The position numbers and the translations under genes are program-made. A stretch of 64,000 nucleotides of DNA from Guillardia theta CCMP2712 (Eukaryota > Protista > Cryptophyta): positions 512,998 to 576,997 of the forward strand of contig NW_005434644.1 of the NCBI RefSeq assembly GCF_000315625.1. Direction: 5' to 3'. Below, piece after piece: positions 1 to 11,389 of this stretch. How positions within the stretch are numbered: position 1 is the stretch's first letter; each line of letters begins with the position of its first letter. The notes below the pieces were generated by a model, which was not told where the DNA came from, did no database searches, and was given only the letters and a program-made list of their open reading frames with translations.

Positions 1-94
1 TTCTGAAGGGAATACAGCATCATCACAACTGCAAGACTGACACATAACATACCCACTCCACGTCCTCCGTGAGGATTGAGATCAATGGTCCACT

Positions 95-235
95 TCCTCC
101 TCCTCCTCCTCCTCCTCCTCCTCCTCCTCCTCCTCCTCCTCCTCCTCCTCCTCCTCCTCCTCCTCCTCCTCCTCCTCCTCCTCCTCCTCCTCCTCCTCCT
201 CCTCCTCCTCCTCCTCCTCCTCCTCCTCCTCCTCC
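95..235 (+). repeat. (CCT)n microsatellite, probably intronic
   Basis: Perfect trinucleotide run; source of the spurious poly-P/L/E ORFs. Confidence 0.95.
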
Positions 236-279
236 AATGGATCTTTCCTCTTGCTCGTCTCCTCCTCACCCTGCAAAAG

Positions 280-1074
280 GTATGCCTCAGCTTCACCATG
301 GATGGACAGACCTACTTCCAACCCAACCTCCTGCACGCCCTCGCTGCTGGCGTTCCTGTAGTTGTGCTGGGAGCTCCTCCCCTCGGCCTCCACATCCTCC
401 CCTCTCGTGCTTCCTGCGAGGACTGTCCCGATGACGGCCCGCGATGTGGATGGCCGCACATGTCGGCGATGGAGTGCGAGGAGCTGGGATGCTGCTGGAG
501 AGCGAGGATGGTTAGGGGAAGTGGTCCTCCTCAGCCGCTGAGAGCCGCACAGTGTAGGCAGCCATGTGCAGTGGAGTACCCGAGCGGCAGCGGGGTGGTC
601 GTGATCCCTCGAGACAAGACGTTTGCCGACTCTTCATCGAGTGGGGAGGAAGCACTGAGGTTATCAGGCTCAGCTTGAGGAGGAAGGGGAAGATGGGGAG
701 AGAAAGGCGGACGAGGGGGAGGAGGGGAGGAGGGGGAGGAGGAAGAGGAGAGTGTGGGGGGGGCGGGGAGGATGGGAGGACGAGTGGGAGTTGATTTGAG
801 TTGGCAGGGCGATGGCGGACACACTTACGAGGAGGATAAAGCCTTTACTGAGAGACGAGGATGTATGGCAGGCAGAATCTACAGGTGAGAAAGATTGACA
901 TGAGGGATAGGAGGATGTTGAGACTTTGAGCAGCCGCAATTGCGATGGTGCGACGTCACCACGGGGAAGTAATCTGAGCATTCACAACTCCTTCAACTCT
1001 GACGGCTGTGGGCAGAACAACTCGCTGTCGGATGTGCGGGCGCTGCTCCATGCTCTAGGAACCACGTCGTCTTA
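280..1074 (+). CDS. 3' part of a spliced gene: glycosyltransferase (GT-B/GT4)-like C-terminal segment with a trefoil (P-type)-like motif; 5' end outside the window
   Basis: FQPNLLHALAAGVPVVV resembles the GT4 'F..vllEAmA.G.PVV' motif; CPDDGPRCGWPHMSAMECEELGCCW fits the trefoil pattern; downstream RIKPLLRDEDVW resembles the GT-B terminal helix. Exon structure and end are uncertain. Confidence 0.4.
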
Positions 1075-1089
1075 GCAGAGGGCGCGAAC

Positions 1090-2364
1090 TCAAGAGGAGA
1101 GGCTGCTCAAGAAATCAAAGTCGAGCCCGAGAAGCTGCTTCCTCCTCGACCACTCTCGTTCAAACTCCAGCTGCTCCTTGTCTTCGGCGTACTGCTTGCT
1201 TTCAGCACCAGGAAGCAACTGCTGCATCGAGAGTTGTTGGCAACGTTGCATGTGATGGTGATAGCGCAGGCACCATTTGCACTCGGCGTAACCTTGCAGC
1301 CTATCGAACAAGCCTGCAGTAACAGATTGTTGATGTTGAACCGTCCTGTCCTCCGCCGGCTGGTTCAGCTCTCCCCCACTCATGCTGCTCGACATGCGTC
1401 CCTTCCTCTCCCCACGCTCGGCATGACAGCAGCAAAAGACAAGCTTCAGCTCATTGCTCTCTAGCTTCTTCGCAAGAGCCTCCAGGCCCTGCGGTGAGCT
1501 GACCGTTGAGTTTGAAGACTGCAGATTATGAATCGCCTTCCGGATTCTCCTCCTTGCCAGCACTTTCTCTCGATTCCGAACGTAATAGATGGCAGAGTAA
1601 TGACGGAGACTCCTTGCTCGCTTCGTCTCTTGCCATGCCCGCGGCTTCTGCTTTGTGTACGGTCTCAGCATGTGCTGCCCAGCGTCAGAGCTCCTGTCAG
1701 CCATGGACGGCGCTGAAGATTCCGAGCAAGCTCCTTCACCCCAGGCTTCACAACCTACAGCATGACTGGGAGGAAGATTCAGGTGGCAGGCACTCTCCAC
1801 TAGTTGAGAGGAGACATATGACTTGCGCAACTTCTGCGCAGCCATCTCGTCTGCCATGTCTATGTGGTAGCAGCAGAGGCGGTTTTCCAGGTTTCCATAC
1901 CTCCTGGCCATGGAAGTGGAGACCTTTCTGGTGCAGTAGAAGCAACGAGACCGCAGGGGCAAGGCTTCGTAAGATGAGTTGGAGGTTATCATCCTCTTAG
2001 AGCACCCGCTACACATAAACCTTAGCCACGGCGCACCGTTAGAATCCTTGGCCGCCAGGCCCTTCTCAACACAGTTCGATCTGCAGTAGAAGCAATCCCT
2101 CACAACACGAGCATCATGATCGAGATGCATGTGCTGAGGTTTGGAATGCAAGCCGTTGCCGTTCCAAAAACTATCCGATACGGGCAGAAAAAGTCCCAAA
2201 CTCGCAACACAGTCTGCACTGTTGCAACATTGCAGAGACAAGAGCTGAAGAAAGAGTGTTGCTGACAGACTGGGGCATTTAAATCTATCAGTCTTCCTAC
2301 ACCACTGCATTACCGGATACAACGCTGGAAGTTCAGCAACCAACACGTCCTTCTGGGCATTCAA
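1090..2364 (-). CDS. Hypothetical Cys/His-rich, possibly zinc-binding protein; 5' end uncertain
   Basis: 424-codon ORF with CFYC twice, CSGC, CCYH, CCCH, CKWCLRYHHH and a basic helix YYVRNREKVLARRRIRK. Confidence 0.55.
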   Translation of the reverse strand: MNAQKDVLVAELPALYPVMQWCRKTDRFKCPSLSATLFLQLLSLQCCNSADCVASLGLFLPVSDSFWNGNGLHSKPQHMHLDHDARVVRDCFYCRSNCVEKGLAAKDSNGAPWLRFMCSGCSKRMITSNSSYEALPLRSRCFYCTRKVSTSMARRYGNLENRLCCYHIDMADEMAAQKLRKSYVSSQLVESACHLNLPPSHAVGCEAWGEGACSESSAPSMADRSSDAGQHMLRPYTKQKPRAWQETKRARSLRHYSAIYYVRNREKVLARRRIRKAIHNLQSSNSTVSSPQGLEALAKKLESNELKLVFCCCHAERGERKGRMSSSMSGGELNQPAEDRTVQHQQSVTAGLFDRLQGYAECKWCLRYHHHMQRCQQLSMQQLLPGAESKQYAEDKEQLEFEREWSRRKQLLGLDFDFLSSLSS

Positions 2365-2769
2365 AACAGAACCACACCCAGATCTTTGACATCATTCTGC
2401 CCCCAAATCTTTCCTCAATTATCAGATATACCTTGTCCTTGAAGATAGTATCCTAGATTCTGCTTCATCCTCCTCTTTCCCGTCCTCTTTGTTGACCTCC
2501 GACTGCTGCTACCCCTCCGCGTCCCAGCATGGCGCGCAAAAGGCCCTTGCGCCCCATTTTAAAAATCAAGCTAGTTTTAAGACGAGATATCTCGGGGCAG
2601 CAATGTACCGCTGAACATTGCAAAAATATTTATATCAATGTATCTGTACCAATTTCTACAGGATTGTTTTTAAAAATGTTTGTAGTTTCATAAGGAAATG
2701 TGGTTGAAGAAAGTACCAAAATCGTAACTTGTACTAGGCCCCCTTTCAGCTTCGTGTTTACTCAAAGTT

Positions 2770-3610
2770 TTGAGTACTGAACAGGTTCGGCCCGTCACGG
2801 TTGAACGCCATGACCCCCGGTCGGGCCCGCCCCGCCGGGATCATTCGGACCCGGCGTCACTGTGCGGCGGCCCGGGGACTCGCGCGGGTCACTCAGACCG
2901 TCCCGGCGTACGCCCGGCGGTCCGCCGGCCCGGCCCGGCGGGCCAGGGGGGGGGCGTCCGATCAGTCCGACACCGTGGACAACAGGCCGCACGGCGGGGC
3001 CGTACCGTACCGTACCGTGCTCCCGGGCTCCCGGAGTCCGGCGCCCGGGACTCCGGTAACGAGTCCCGGACGGTCCGGTCCACGCGGGCGGCCAGCCTGT
3101 GCCACTGAGTTCATGATAAACCGTGAACGGCACTGCGGCAGCGCGCGAGCCGCGCGGCCGGCCCTCTCGAGTCACTGAGCCCGAACTTCGGAACATACTA
3201 TCGGAAGAAACTTAACGCGGTTTGACCTCAGAACGGTCAGCTGACTTGAATGACTTAGTGCTAACAGTGAGTCACCGTCAGCCGACCGTATCAGTGAATG
3301 GCCGCCGCGTGACTCGGTTGAGGGCGCCGCCGCCGGCGGCCGGCGGGGCACTTGAAATGCCAGTAAATTTGACTAAGACGCCGGTGGTGCCAGGCCGCGG
3401 CTGGGCCCGGCCCGGGCCGGCGGTCACGGCCGGGGGACTGTCCGCAGCCCTAGCTGGGCGGCCGCCGCCGCTCAGCCGGCCGGACCCGCCGGCTTCAAAA
3501 TGGAGTCCCGGCCGGGCCCGGGCCGCCGCCGCCCGGCCCGGCGTGACCGTATCGGACGCCATCCGGGGGCCTCACGGTGCCGCCCGCGCGGGCCCGGCCG
3601 GGGCGTGACT
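2770..3610. promoter_or_regulatory. CpG/GC-rich intergenic island between divergent genes
   Basis: Very GC-rich, built of CCGG/GGCC and GTCAC/GTGAC words; only low-complexity Arg/Pro/Gly ORFs. Confidence 0.55.
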
Positions 3611-3719
3611 TTTTTCTTTCAGTCCCTTGCTTGGGAGATGTCACGGTCGGGGCAGGGCAAGAGGGAGGGAGACGGGAGGAGGGGGGACTGCCAGTGACCG
3701 CACTGCGCTCAGTCTCAGG

Positions 3720-6688
3720 ATGTCCAAGTCTGAGAGGAGGAGGACGTACGAGGTCGTGGTCCAGGAGCGGGGATGCGACCTCCCGGGCGGCATGCCGGCG
3801 GGTCCATGGGAGAGCTTTGAAGATGCCAAGGAGCAGATCAGGTGGTGGGCGTCCCACCAGGACGTGGAAGGAGAGCCCTCCAAGGGCTTCACGGTCTGTG
3901 CGTCAGGAGGCGACCCGTCCAACCGAAGGCACGGGCGGCGCAACAGCCTCCTGTGCACGGCTACTCGCCTCAAGGGACCGGCACGGTGCAACTGGGGTCT
4001 GTTACTTGAAGAGTCCACAGCAGGGTGGATTGTTCGCAAGGCGCACAAGGGGTGCGACCTGCTCAAGCACAGCCACGTCGGGATCCCTGACGTGTCACAC
4101 CTGCGCGCGCGCCTCCAAGGAGCAGGAGCGCAGCAGCTCGTCGGGGAGCAGGCGGATGGCGAGCTCCCGATCCGGCGCTCCCTGGATGCCATCAGGGCGG
4201 AAAGGAAGTGCATCGTACCTGACAGCTTCCCCGCAGGGCCTTGGGAAACTTTCATAGATGCCAAGTATCACATCGGGCAATGGGCCAAGGGCTTCGAGTG
4301 GGGGGAGGGAAAGGTCGGGTTTGCTGTGGTGGGGTGCGGGAAGGAGGAGGGAAACTCCGTGCGAGGGCCGCGACATTCCTTGTGCTGCACGTGGTACAGG
4401 AAGAAGAACAACATGCCGTGGAAGCGATGCCCTTGGAGGATCGACATAGAGCTGTCGTCCGAGGGTTGGACTCTCCGCGACTCGGTTGGCCTGCAGGATC
4501 TGTCCTACCACTTCCACGATGAAGAGGCCATGAGCGCTTGGAGGTCAAAGCAGCTGGCTGAAGAGCAGCAGGGCAAGGAAGAGTTGGTCTGCTTGAGGAG
4601 CGAGGAGGAGATCAGGCGGCTCAGGAAGTGTGTGCTGCCGCAGGGGATGCCGCAGGGGCCCTGGGACTCGTTTGAGCAGGCAAAGGCGAGCATCAACCGC
4701 TGGACGTGCGACGAGAGCACTGGCGGAGGAGGGTGGGCGGTGATCAGCAGCAGCTGGACTAAATCGTCGTCCAAGAAGGGACAGAGGCAGTACCTGTCCT
4801 GCTTCCGGTCGGGGAGGCCGCAGGAGACCAGCTTCCAAGACAGCATCGCCCTTTGCTGCGCTTGTCCCTGGAAGGTCGAGCTGGAGGAGGCGAAGGAAGG
4901 ATGGGTTGTGCGAGATGCTCCCATAGGAACTGACCTGAGTTTTCACAACCATGACCTGATACAGGTGCTCGGCCGACACTCCTGTGCCCCTCTTCCTCCT
5001 CTTCTTCGTCCTGCTCCTCCGCCTCGACCTTACTCTACTTGCTAGCCTCTTCCACGCCCTCCTCCCTCCTCCCTCCTCTCTCTTCTTCAGGGGAGCTGAT
5101 GTATCCCTGCAGTCTGGTTCGTCCATCTCTTCTCCAGCTCCTGAAAATTTCCCCTCGTCCGTGGTGGAATTGATGAACAGGAAGGCTCTTGTCAAGCAGC
5201 AGAGGCTCACGGCAAAGACTCAAGTGATCCTCCTCCTCCTCCTCCTCCTCCTCCTCCTCCTCCTCCTCCTCCTCCTCCTCCTCCTCCTCCTCCTCCTCCT
5301 CCTCCTCCTCCGCTCTCCATCCCCCCCACCCCTTCTGCTACAGAAGTCCTCACCTACCCTTCTACCCTCCTGCCCTTCTGCCCTCCTGTTCCTTCCTTTG
5401 GTCCTTCCTTTCCTCTTCAAGGGGGACTGAACTGGTCGAACAGACGATGGAGGCGAGGTCGTATCTCCGCAAGCGATCTCGTTGCGTGTCCAGAGCTCAC
5501 GCTCGCGACCATGTCTACGTGGCAGTGAGAGCTGAAGGAGAGGGAGAAAGAGGAGGTTCAGTCTTGCTGCTCCTGCTCCTTCATCTTCAGTCTTTCGTCC
5601 TCTGCTTCTGCTGTTCATCCTCATTTATCGCAGGCGGTGGCGGTGATTTCGAAATCCTTGGAGTCTTTGACAACGTCAAGGCAGCCAACCACAAGGTAAT
5701 CACTGTCGAGGAGGGAGGAGGGGGGCATAAGTGTGGAGCGTTAGAGATTCAAGGGAAGGAGAGGAGAAGAAACGAGAGGAGTAAACCAGAACATTTCAGG
5801 CAGAACTTTCCTTCGCCGAGGTGTGCGGGAGGAAGACCGGATGGAGGAAAGAAAGTCAGCTGGAGCAGGGATGCTTCCGGGGGATCGCGAACCTGAGAGA
5901 AAAGAGGTCAGGAGCGTCGAGCTCGCGGCGGCAGTGACGTCCAGGCGCAGGCTGAGTGTGTGGGTGGAGAGAAAGAAGCTACGGTCAGAGGCCTTTGCGG
6001 GTAGGGGACGAGAGGAGGAGTTGGAAGTGGAAGGGACTGAAGAGCAGTCCAGGAGACCGTCGACAGGCAGAAGGGGCGAACTTTGTGTCGACCTTCGAGG
6101 GACAAGACTCGGAGGAGAACAGAGAGGAGGAAGATCGACAAGATGAGGATGAAGCCATGGAGACTGTGAGGATGCTCCCTCCTTCCTTCCCTTACCACCT
6201 CCCCTTCCTCCCCTCCTTTCCTTTACTCAACTCGTCCCTTCCCTCCCCTCCTTCCCTCCCTCCCTCCCTCCTTGACTTCCTTGCAGGAGATGGAGAGAAA
6301 GGCCCTAAACTTTCTCTGTTCGGCTCCCTCCGCCCTCCCTTCCTCGTCCTCCTCATCTCAGAAGCAGCCTCCTCACACGCGCGTCAAGTGGCTCAACGGC
6401 GGAGGCGATGCGGGAGCAGAGGGGTCGCGGTATGCCGAGCACGCTGATCTCCTTGCCGACCCGCTCCTCTCCTTCCCCGCACTGGTCTCCGAGCGATCCT
6501 CCTTCCTCTTCAAGTCGAGCGAGGACTCGAGGGCGGCGAGCAAGAAGTTGGGAGGGTCGAGCAGCAGGGGTGTGCTGGAGACTAGCCTGCAGGAGGAGGA
6601 GCTCGCAGGCATGGCAAGCGACCGGCCGAGCCCCTTGCTGTGTCCGTTGAGCTGGGAGGCCAACGCGTCTATGCTGAACAATAGCTGA
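3720..6688 (+). CDS. Protein with three tandem FAR1/WRKY-GCM1-like zinc-binding domains and a spliced low-complexity C-terminus
   Basis: Three repeats of 'C.lP.gmP.GPWesF..AK..I..W...G(F/W).V...R..L.C...C.W...LE....GW..R.....DL..H.H' in the first exon (about 3720-4964); later exons inferred near 5091-5223 and 6287-6688. Confidence 0.7.
5228..5311 (+). repeat. (CCT)n microsatellite in an intron
   Basis: Perfect CCT run just after the probable donor caa|gtgatc. Confidence 0.9.
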
Positions 6689-6887
6689 GACAAGCCCGGG
6701 GGGAGGGGATGATGAGGAATGAACGCGGTTAAAGCGACCAGACCCGGGATGGTGACCAAATCGGAATGCGAGTGACAGGTAGAGCAGAGAAGCCGCAGAA
6801 GAGGAGGAAAGGGGGGAAGGGATGGGGATGGCAATGATTGTAGGTGAGGAGGAGGCAACACGGTGTGATCGACCTCATCGGATGGCG

Positions 6888-9299
6888 TTAGCTTGTACTT
6901 TTGCTGGTGTTGTAGAGGTTGAAGAGCCACATGCTCACGAGCACGAACAGCGTTACCCACACGTTGCGGTCCATCATGAAGACGCCGCGCTCGAAGGACA
7001 GGAAGCGATCACGCGCCATGTCGTGCTGCGACCAGGAGCGGGTCAGGGAAGTGTCTGCCACTCCCTCCTCCCATCCCTCCATGCTGATCGTCACGCTCTT
7101 CTTCCTCTCCTCCGCCATCCGCAGACTCCTCGCCCCCGCCGCCCCGAAGCAGTTGATGCGTCTGCACGACACTTGTCAGAGAAGTTCTGCCCTCCCGATC
7201 CTCCGCCTCCGCCTCTCTCACGGCTGCTCTCCCGTTTCCTTTCCTATCTCCTCACTTGTGCCATCCTTCCCCGTCATCTCCACACGCTGCCTCCCTCGCC
7301 CCTCGCCCCTCTCCCCTCCTCCTCCCTCGCCTCTTCCTACATGTCAAGAGAAGAGAGGGCGGGACAACAGGGCAAGCTCTCCGCCAGCGCCATCGCTCCG
7401 AAGTCGCCGATCCCATTCTCGCGCAGGTCAACCCGGACGATCTGGCGCAGCTTTGGCAGAACTTCTGCGAGAGCGAGAGCTCCTTGGTTCCCGATCCGGT
7501 TGCTGCCCGATGGGTCAAGACACTCAGAAGGAGGAGGGGAGAGGAAGGGGGACGGGAGGGTAATGGGCAACGGGAAGAAGAAGAGGAAGAGGAAGGAGAG
7601 GAGAAGGAGACAAGAAGGGGAGCGGACGGGAAGGGAAAGGGAAAGGGGAGGGGAAGGGAAGGGGGAGGGAAAGGGAAAGGGGAGGGCAAGGGAAAGGGGA
7701 GGGCAAGGGAAGGGGGAGGGGAAGGGGGACGAAGAGAAGGGGATTGGGGCGAGCAGGCACCAGCTGAGGTCGATGATAGCCAGCGAGCGCAAGGAGGACA
7801 GCATGGGAGAGAAGCCAATCAGCCCAGCGTCTTCCACAAGGTTGTGCCGCAGCCTGCAGGAAGGAGGGAGAGATCAACATCTCTCGGGAGGACAAGGTCC
7901 ACAGCCCCTCACCCGAGATGCCTGACGCTGGAGCTCGACGATGTGCGAGCAAGACCGGCCACGAGGTTCACTGCCAGAGCAAGCTTCACCCTGTCTCTTC
8001 CTCCTGAGACCCGCCCTCCCATCCTCTCGTACACCCTTCCTCTCCTCCTCGTCCTCGTCGTCGTCCCTGTCCTCCCCCTCCCCCACTCTGGTTGCCCCAC
8101 CTGATCCATCTGCTCGCAGAATATTATGGCTCATGTCCACCGTTGCCAACTTCACACAGCTGCCATAATAACTCAGCTGCCTGCACATCCCCTCGTCCTC
8201 GTCCTCCTCCTCGTCCTCCTCCTCGTCCTCCTCCTCGTCCTCCTCCTCCTCCTCCTCCTCCTCCTCACCTAGACAGTCGTTCTCCCAGCAGTGCTCCTCC
8301 GCTAGCTCCGATCTTGTTCCATCGAAGATCAACAATCGCGAGCTCGGGACATCCACACAAGCTCGAGGAGAGAGCCTCGGCACCCCTGAACAAGAAAGAT
8401 CAGCAAGAAGCAGGTAGCAGCAAGTTAGCAGGGAAGAGCCGAAGGACTGAAGAGGAAGAAGAGTAGAGGCCGTGAAAAAGAGGTCGAGGGTGGACATGGC
8501 AGACGGAGGAGGAGGAGGAAGAGGAGGGAAAGCCAATACGCCGTGGTGCCTCACCGGTCAGAGATCTTGTTGTTGGCAAGGAAGAGGTGCTGCAAGGAGG
8601 ATCGGACTTGTCTGCCCAAGGACGTGGCACCGCGATCGCCGAACCCGTTCATCCCAAGGGCAAGATGCACGAGCCTCTCGCACCTGCCAGCAGGCCGTCA
8701 GGCTCCCGGCGCGTCAAGTCAGATGAGGGGACCAGGTAAGTCCTGAGGACAAGCCCTCCACACCCTGATCTCCGAGGCCGTTCTTGCTGAGGTCCAGGAA
8801 CTCGAGGAGGTTGCAGTGCTTGAAAGACGACGAGAGCCTCGAGGCTCCTTCCACACCTGCGGGTGCGCAGGGCATGAGGACTCAAAATGCAGGGAGTAAA
8901 GGCGAGCGGGAAGAGAGAGGGGAGGGAAGGGGAAAGAAAGGAGCGAGGGGGAGCGGCAGAGGTGCGGGTGGCACAGTCAGAAAGGGAATGAAGAGAACAG
9001 GGAGGCGAGAGGGCGTCAAGAAGGAGCAAATAGGAGAGGAGACGGGGGGGTGATTGAAAAAAATGGAGGTTTGAAGAGATATGCACAGATTGGAGCAACT
9101 GGGAGACCCTTATGTTTGCTCCAATCTTCTGCTTGAGAAACCGATCATGTCTCACCGATCTTGTTGTCTCTGAGGTCCAAATGTTGTAGCTTCTTGCACA
9201 ATACAATGCATTCCGCCAAGATGGCGGCACCCTTTCGAGTTGATCAGAATGAGTTGGAGACTGAGAAAAGAACGGAAAAGGAGGAGGAGGAGGAAAAAG

Positions 9300-9330
<31 letters not shown>

Positions 9331-10910
9331 CCTCATTGCAGATGCAAGTCCCAGAGAGGTCAAGGAAGGAGAGTTGATTGCATCTGCTCGCTCCCATCAG
9401 TCTCCCTCATGCACAACCGCAGGACAGATCGACCTCGGAAGGCAGGACGAGATGTGTCTTATTCCAGAGCATTCGAGCTGCAGGGGAGGAGGAGGGTCAG
9501 GGCCGCCTGATCGTGCGAGGGGCAGGTGGGGGGGGAAGGAGGCAGAGAGACAGTCACCTTGTTCCGACAGATCTGTAGGTGAGTGAGCGAGTCGCAACGG
9601 GGCAGATGCTCGGCCTGGCGTGAACGTCAGCTGCCGTTGCAGGAAGGACGAGCAGACTGCTCTCGTCGACCAGGTTCTCAGCTCCATCGACATGGATCTC
9701 GTTGAATCGCAGGGAGAGCTGCTTCAGCCTCTTGCACTGCCCCGGAGTCAGGACGGGCCCGACAGCAGGACAGCCAGGAAGTCGCGCTGACCTGACCGAG
9801 GAACGTTGACATCTCCCGTATGCCTTCATCGCCGAACCTGGAGGGAAGCACTTTACCAGGCTCACATGGCGACATCGGAACGCCCACCCGTTCCCCCCGA
9901 TATCAAACCCCGACAAGTATTTACAATGCGGCAGGGACTGAGCCAGCCCGGCAGCCCCATGGTAGCCTTGGAAACGCGTAAGAGTCTTTGCCACCACCTC
10001 CTTCACTGCCTCCACCGCCAGCAACAGCTCCTCCTCCTCCTCCTCCTCCTCCTCCTCTTTCTCCCTCTTCCCTCCCCCCCCGCCCCCATCCTCCCCCTCT
10101 TCATCCCTCACCAATCCCGTTGTTGGCGACGTTCAGCGTTTCTATAAGAGGACAAGTCCGCAGAAGATCGCCCAGCAGCAGCGCTCCTTCATCCGAGATG
10201 TTGTTGTGGTCCAGGCTAAGGTACTTGAGCTCCTTTGCACGAGGCGTCTTGCAGAAGGAGTCCAGAAGCTGCGCAGGAGGGCGCTTGACTCAGATCGGTC
10301 TCTCTCAGCCTCCTCCAATCCTCACCAGTTTCATCCCCTGCGCGCCGATGTTGTTGGAACGCAAGTCCTTACCAGTCAAGTGAGTCCTCAACAAACGCGA
10401 ACGAGCCAGGATGCAGGTTCGGGAGGAAGAGCGCGCTCACCATGTGGACGAGGTGAAGTCCTCCCTCCAGAGCATTGACCAGGGCAGGAAGAAGGTTTGC
10501 GCTGTAAAGAAGAGCCTTATGGGCGAGCGAGGAGCCCGGGAACCATCAAGAACCTGTAGGACTGGGCTACGATAGAAATCCTCCCCCCGAACCTCGACAA
10601 GCAGCTCACTGTCGCTGTCGGACAATCTCTTCCTGTACTCACTGTGAGATAAAGTCAACGAGCATCGTCGTCAAACCGGTCTGAGAGAAGAGGAGGACTT
10701 TAGGAGCCGACGGCAGCAGCCTGTAGAGGCGCCAGCAGGTCCGGAGTCCTGCCATCATCATGAGGTTCCGTGGGCGACGTTTGGATTAGAGAGCAGGATT
10801 CTTCTTCTGAAGCAGTCACCTGCAATGATGTGGGTTTCGGGCCATGCGTGCAAGATGATGTCATCCTCCAAGGAGAAGAGATGGGTATCGCTCCATTCCC
10901 CCCTCTGCAT
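6888..10910 (-). CDS. Multi-exon RNI-like leucine-rich repeat protein with a C-terminal hydrophobic anchor
   Basis: Repeated LRR exons: LSHNNISDEGALLLGDLL, LAQSLPHCKYLSGFDIGGNG, LKQLSLRFNEIHVDGAENL, NRIGNQGALALAEVLPKLRQIVRVDLRENGIGDFGAMALAESL; last exon ends VWVTLFVLVSMWLFNLYNTSKSTS*. Start is approximate. Confidence 0.75.
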
Positions 10911-11184
10911 TGGAGAATGCAAGCAGTTCGTTCAACCAGGGAGCCCCATTCTCACTCCATCAACGCCATTCTGCACGCCAGATCAGATCAAGAGCCATCA
11001 AGCGCATGCAAGAAGCTGCCAAATGTTCCACACTCCTCCCCTCCTCTTCCTCTCATACCCTCCTACTCCACCTACCTCCTTCATCAGCCATCTTCAGAAT
11101 TTTCAGTCAATTTTAGAAAGCCTACTAAATTTTGAGTAAAAATAAACCTTCCGAGTCTCACATCTTTCCTGAGCAAAAAGACGG

Positions 11185-11270
11185 TGCCCGGGCCGGCCGG
11201 TAGGCCCGGGCCGGGGCAGTGCCGGGTACTACTGCCACCGGGCCGGCCAAACCCGGCCGCCGGGCGTTAC
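11185..11270. promoter_or_regulatory. Short GC-rich island upstream of the LRR gene
   Basis: CCGGGCCGG-rich stretch like the other islands. Confidence 0.4.
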
Positions 11271-11359
11271 CGTTTTACAATAATTTTAAATGGTTTACAA
11301 ATCAAAAAAAAGTAGATGATCACGGACTCCTATCACCACACACTCTCCTCATTGTCCTC

Positions 11360-11389
11360 GTACTGATTTTTAACTTAACTTTGAGTAAA
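11360..11389 (+). repeat. Dispersed 30-bp motif GTACTGATTTTTAACTTAACTTTGAGTAAA, copy 1
   Basis: Identical to 39145-39174; 26/30 match to 46767-46796. Confidence 0.85.

Noticed and set aside
69-459. Poly-Pro/Leu/Glu ORFs
   Set aside because: Translations of the (CCT)n microsatellite
2770-3608. Many overlapping Arg/Pro/Gly-rich ORFs (also in the other GC islands)
   Set aside because: Stop-codon scarcity in GC-rich DNA; no domain signal
10680-10761. MMMAGLRTCWRLYRLL as a mitochondrial presequence for the LRR protein
   Set aside because: Splice phase does not join this frame to the next exon; an alternative frame starting near 10910 fits better
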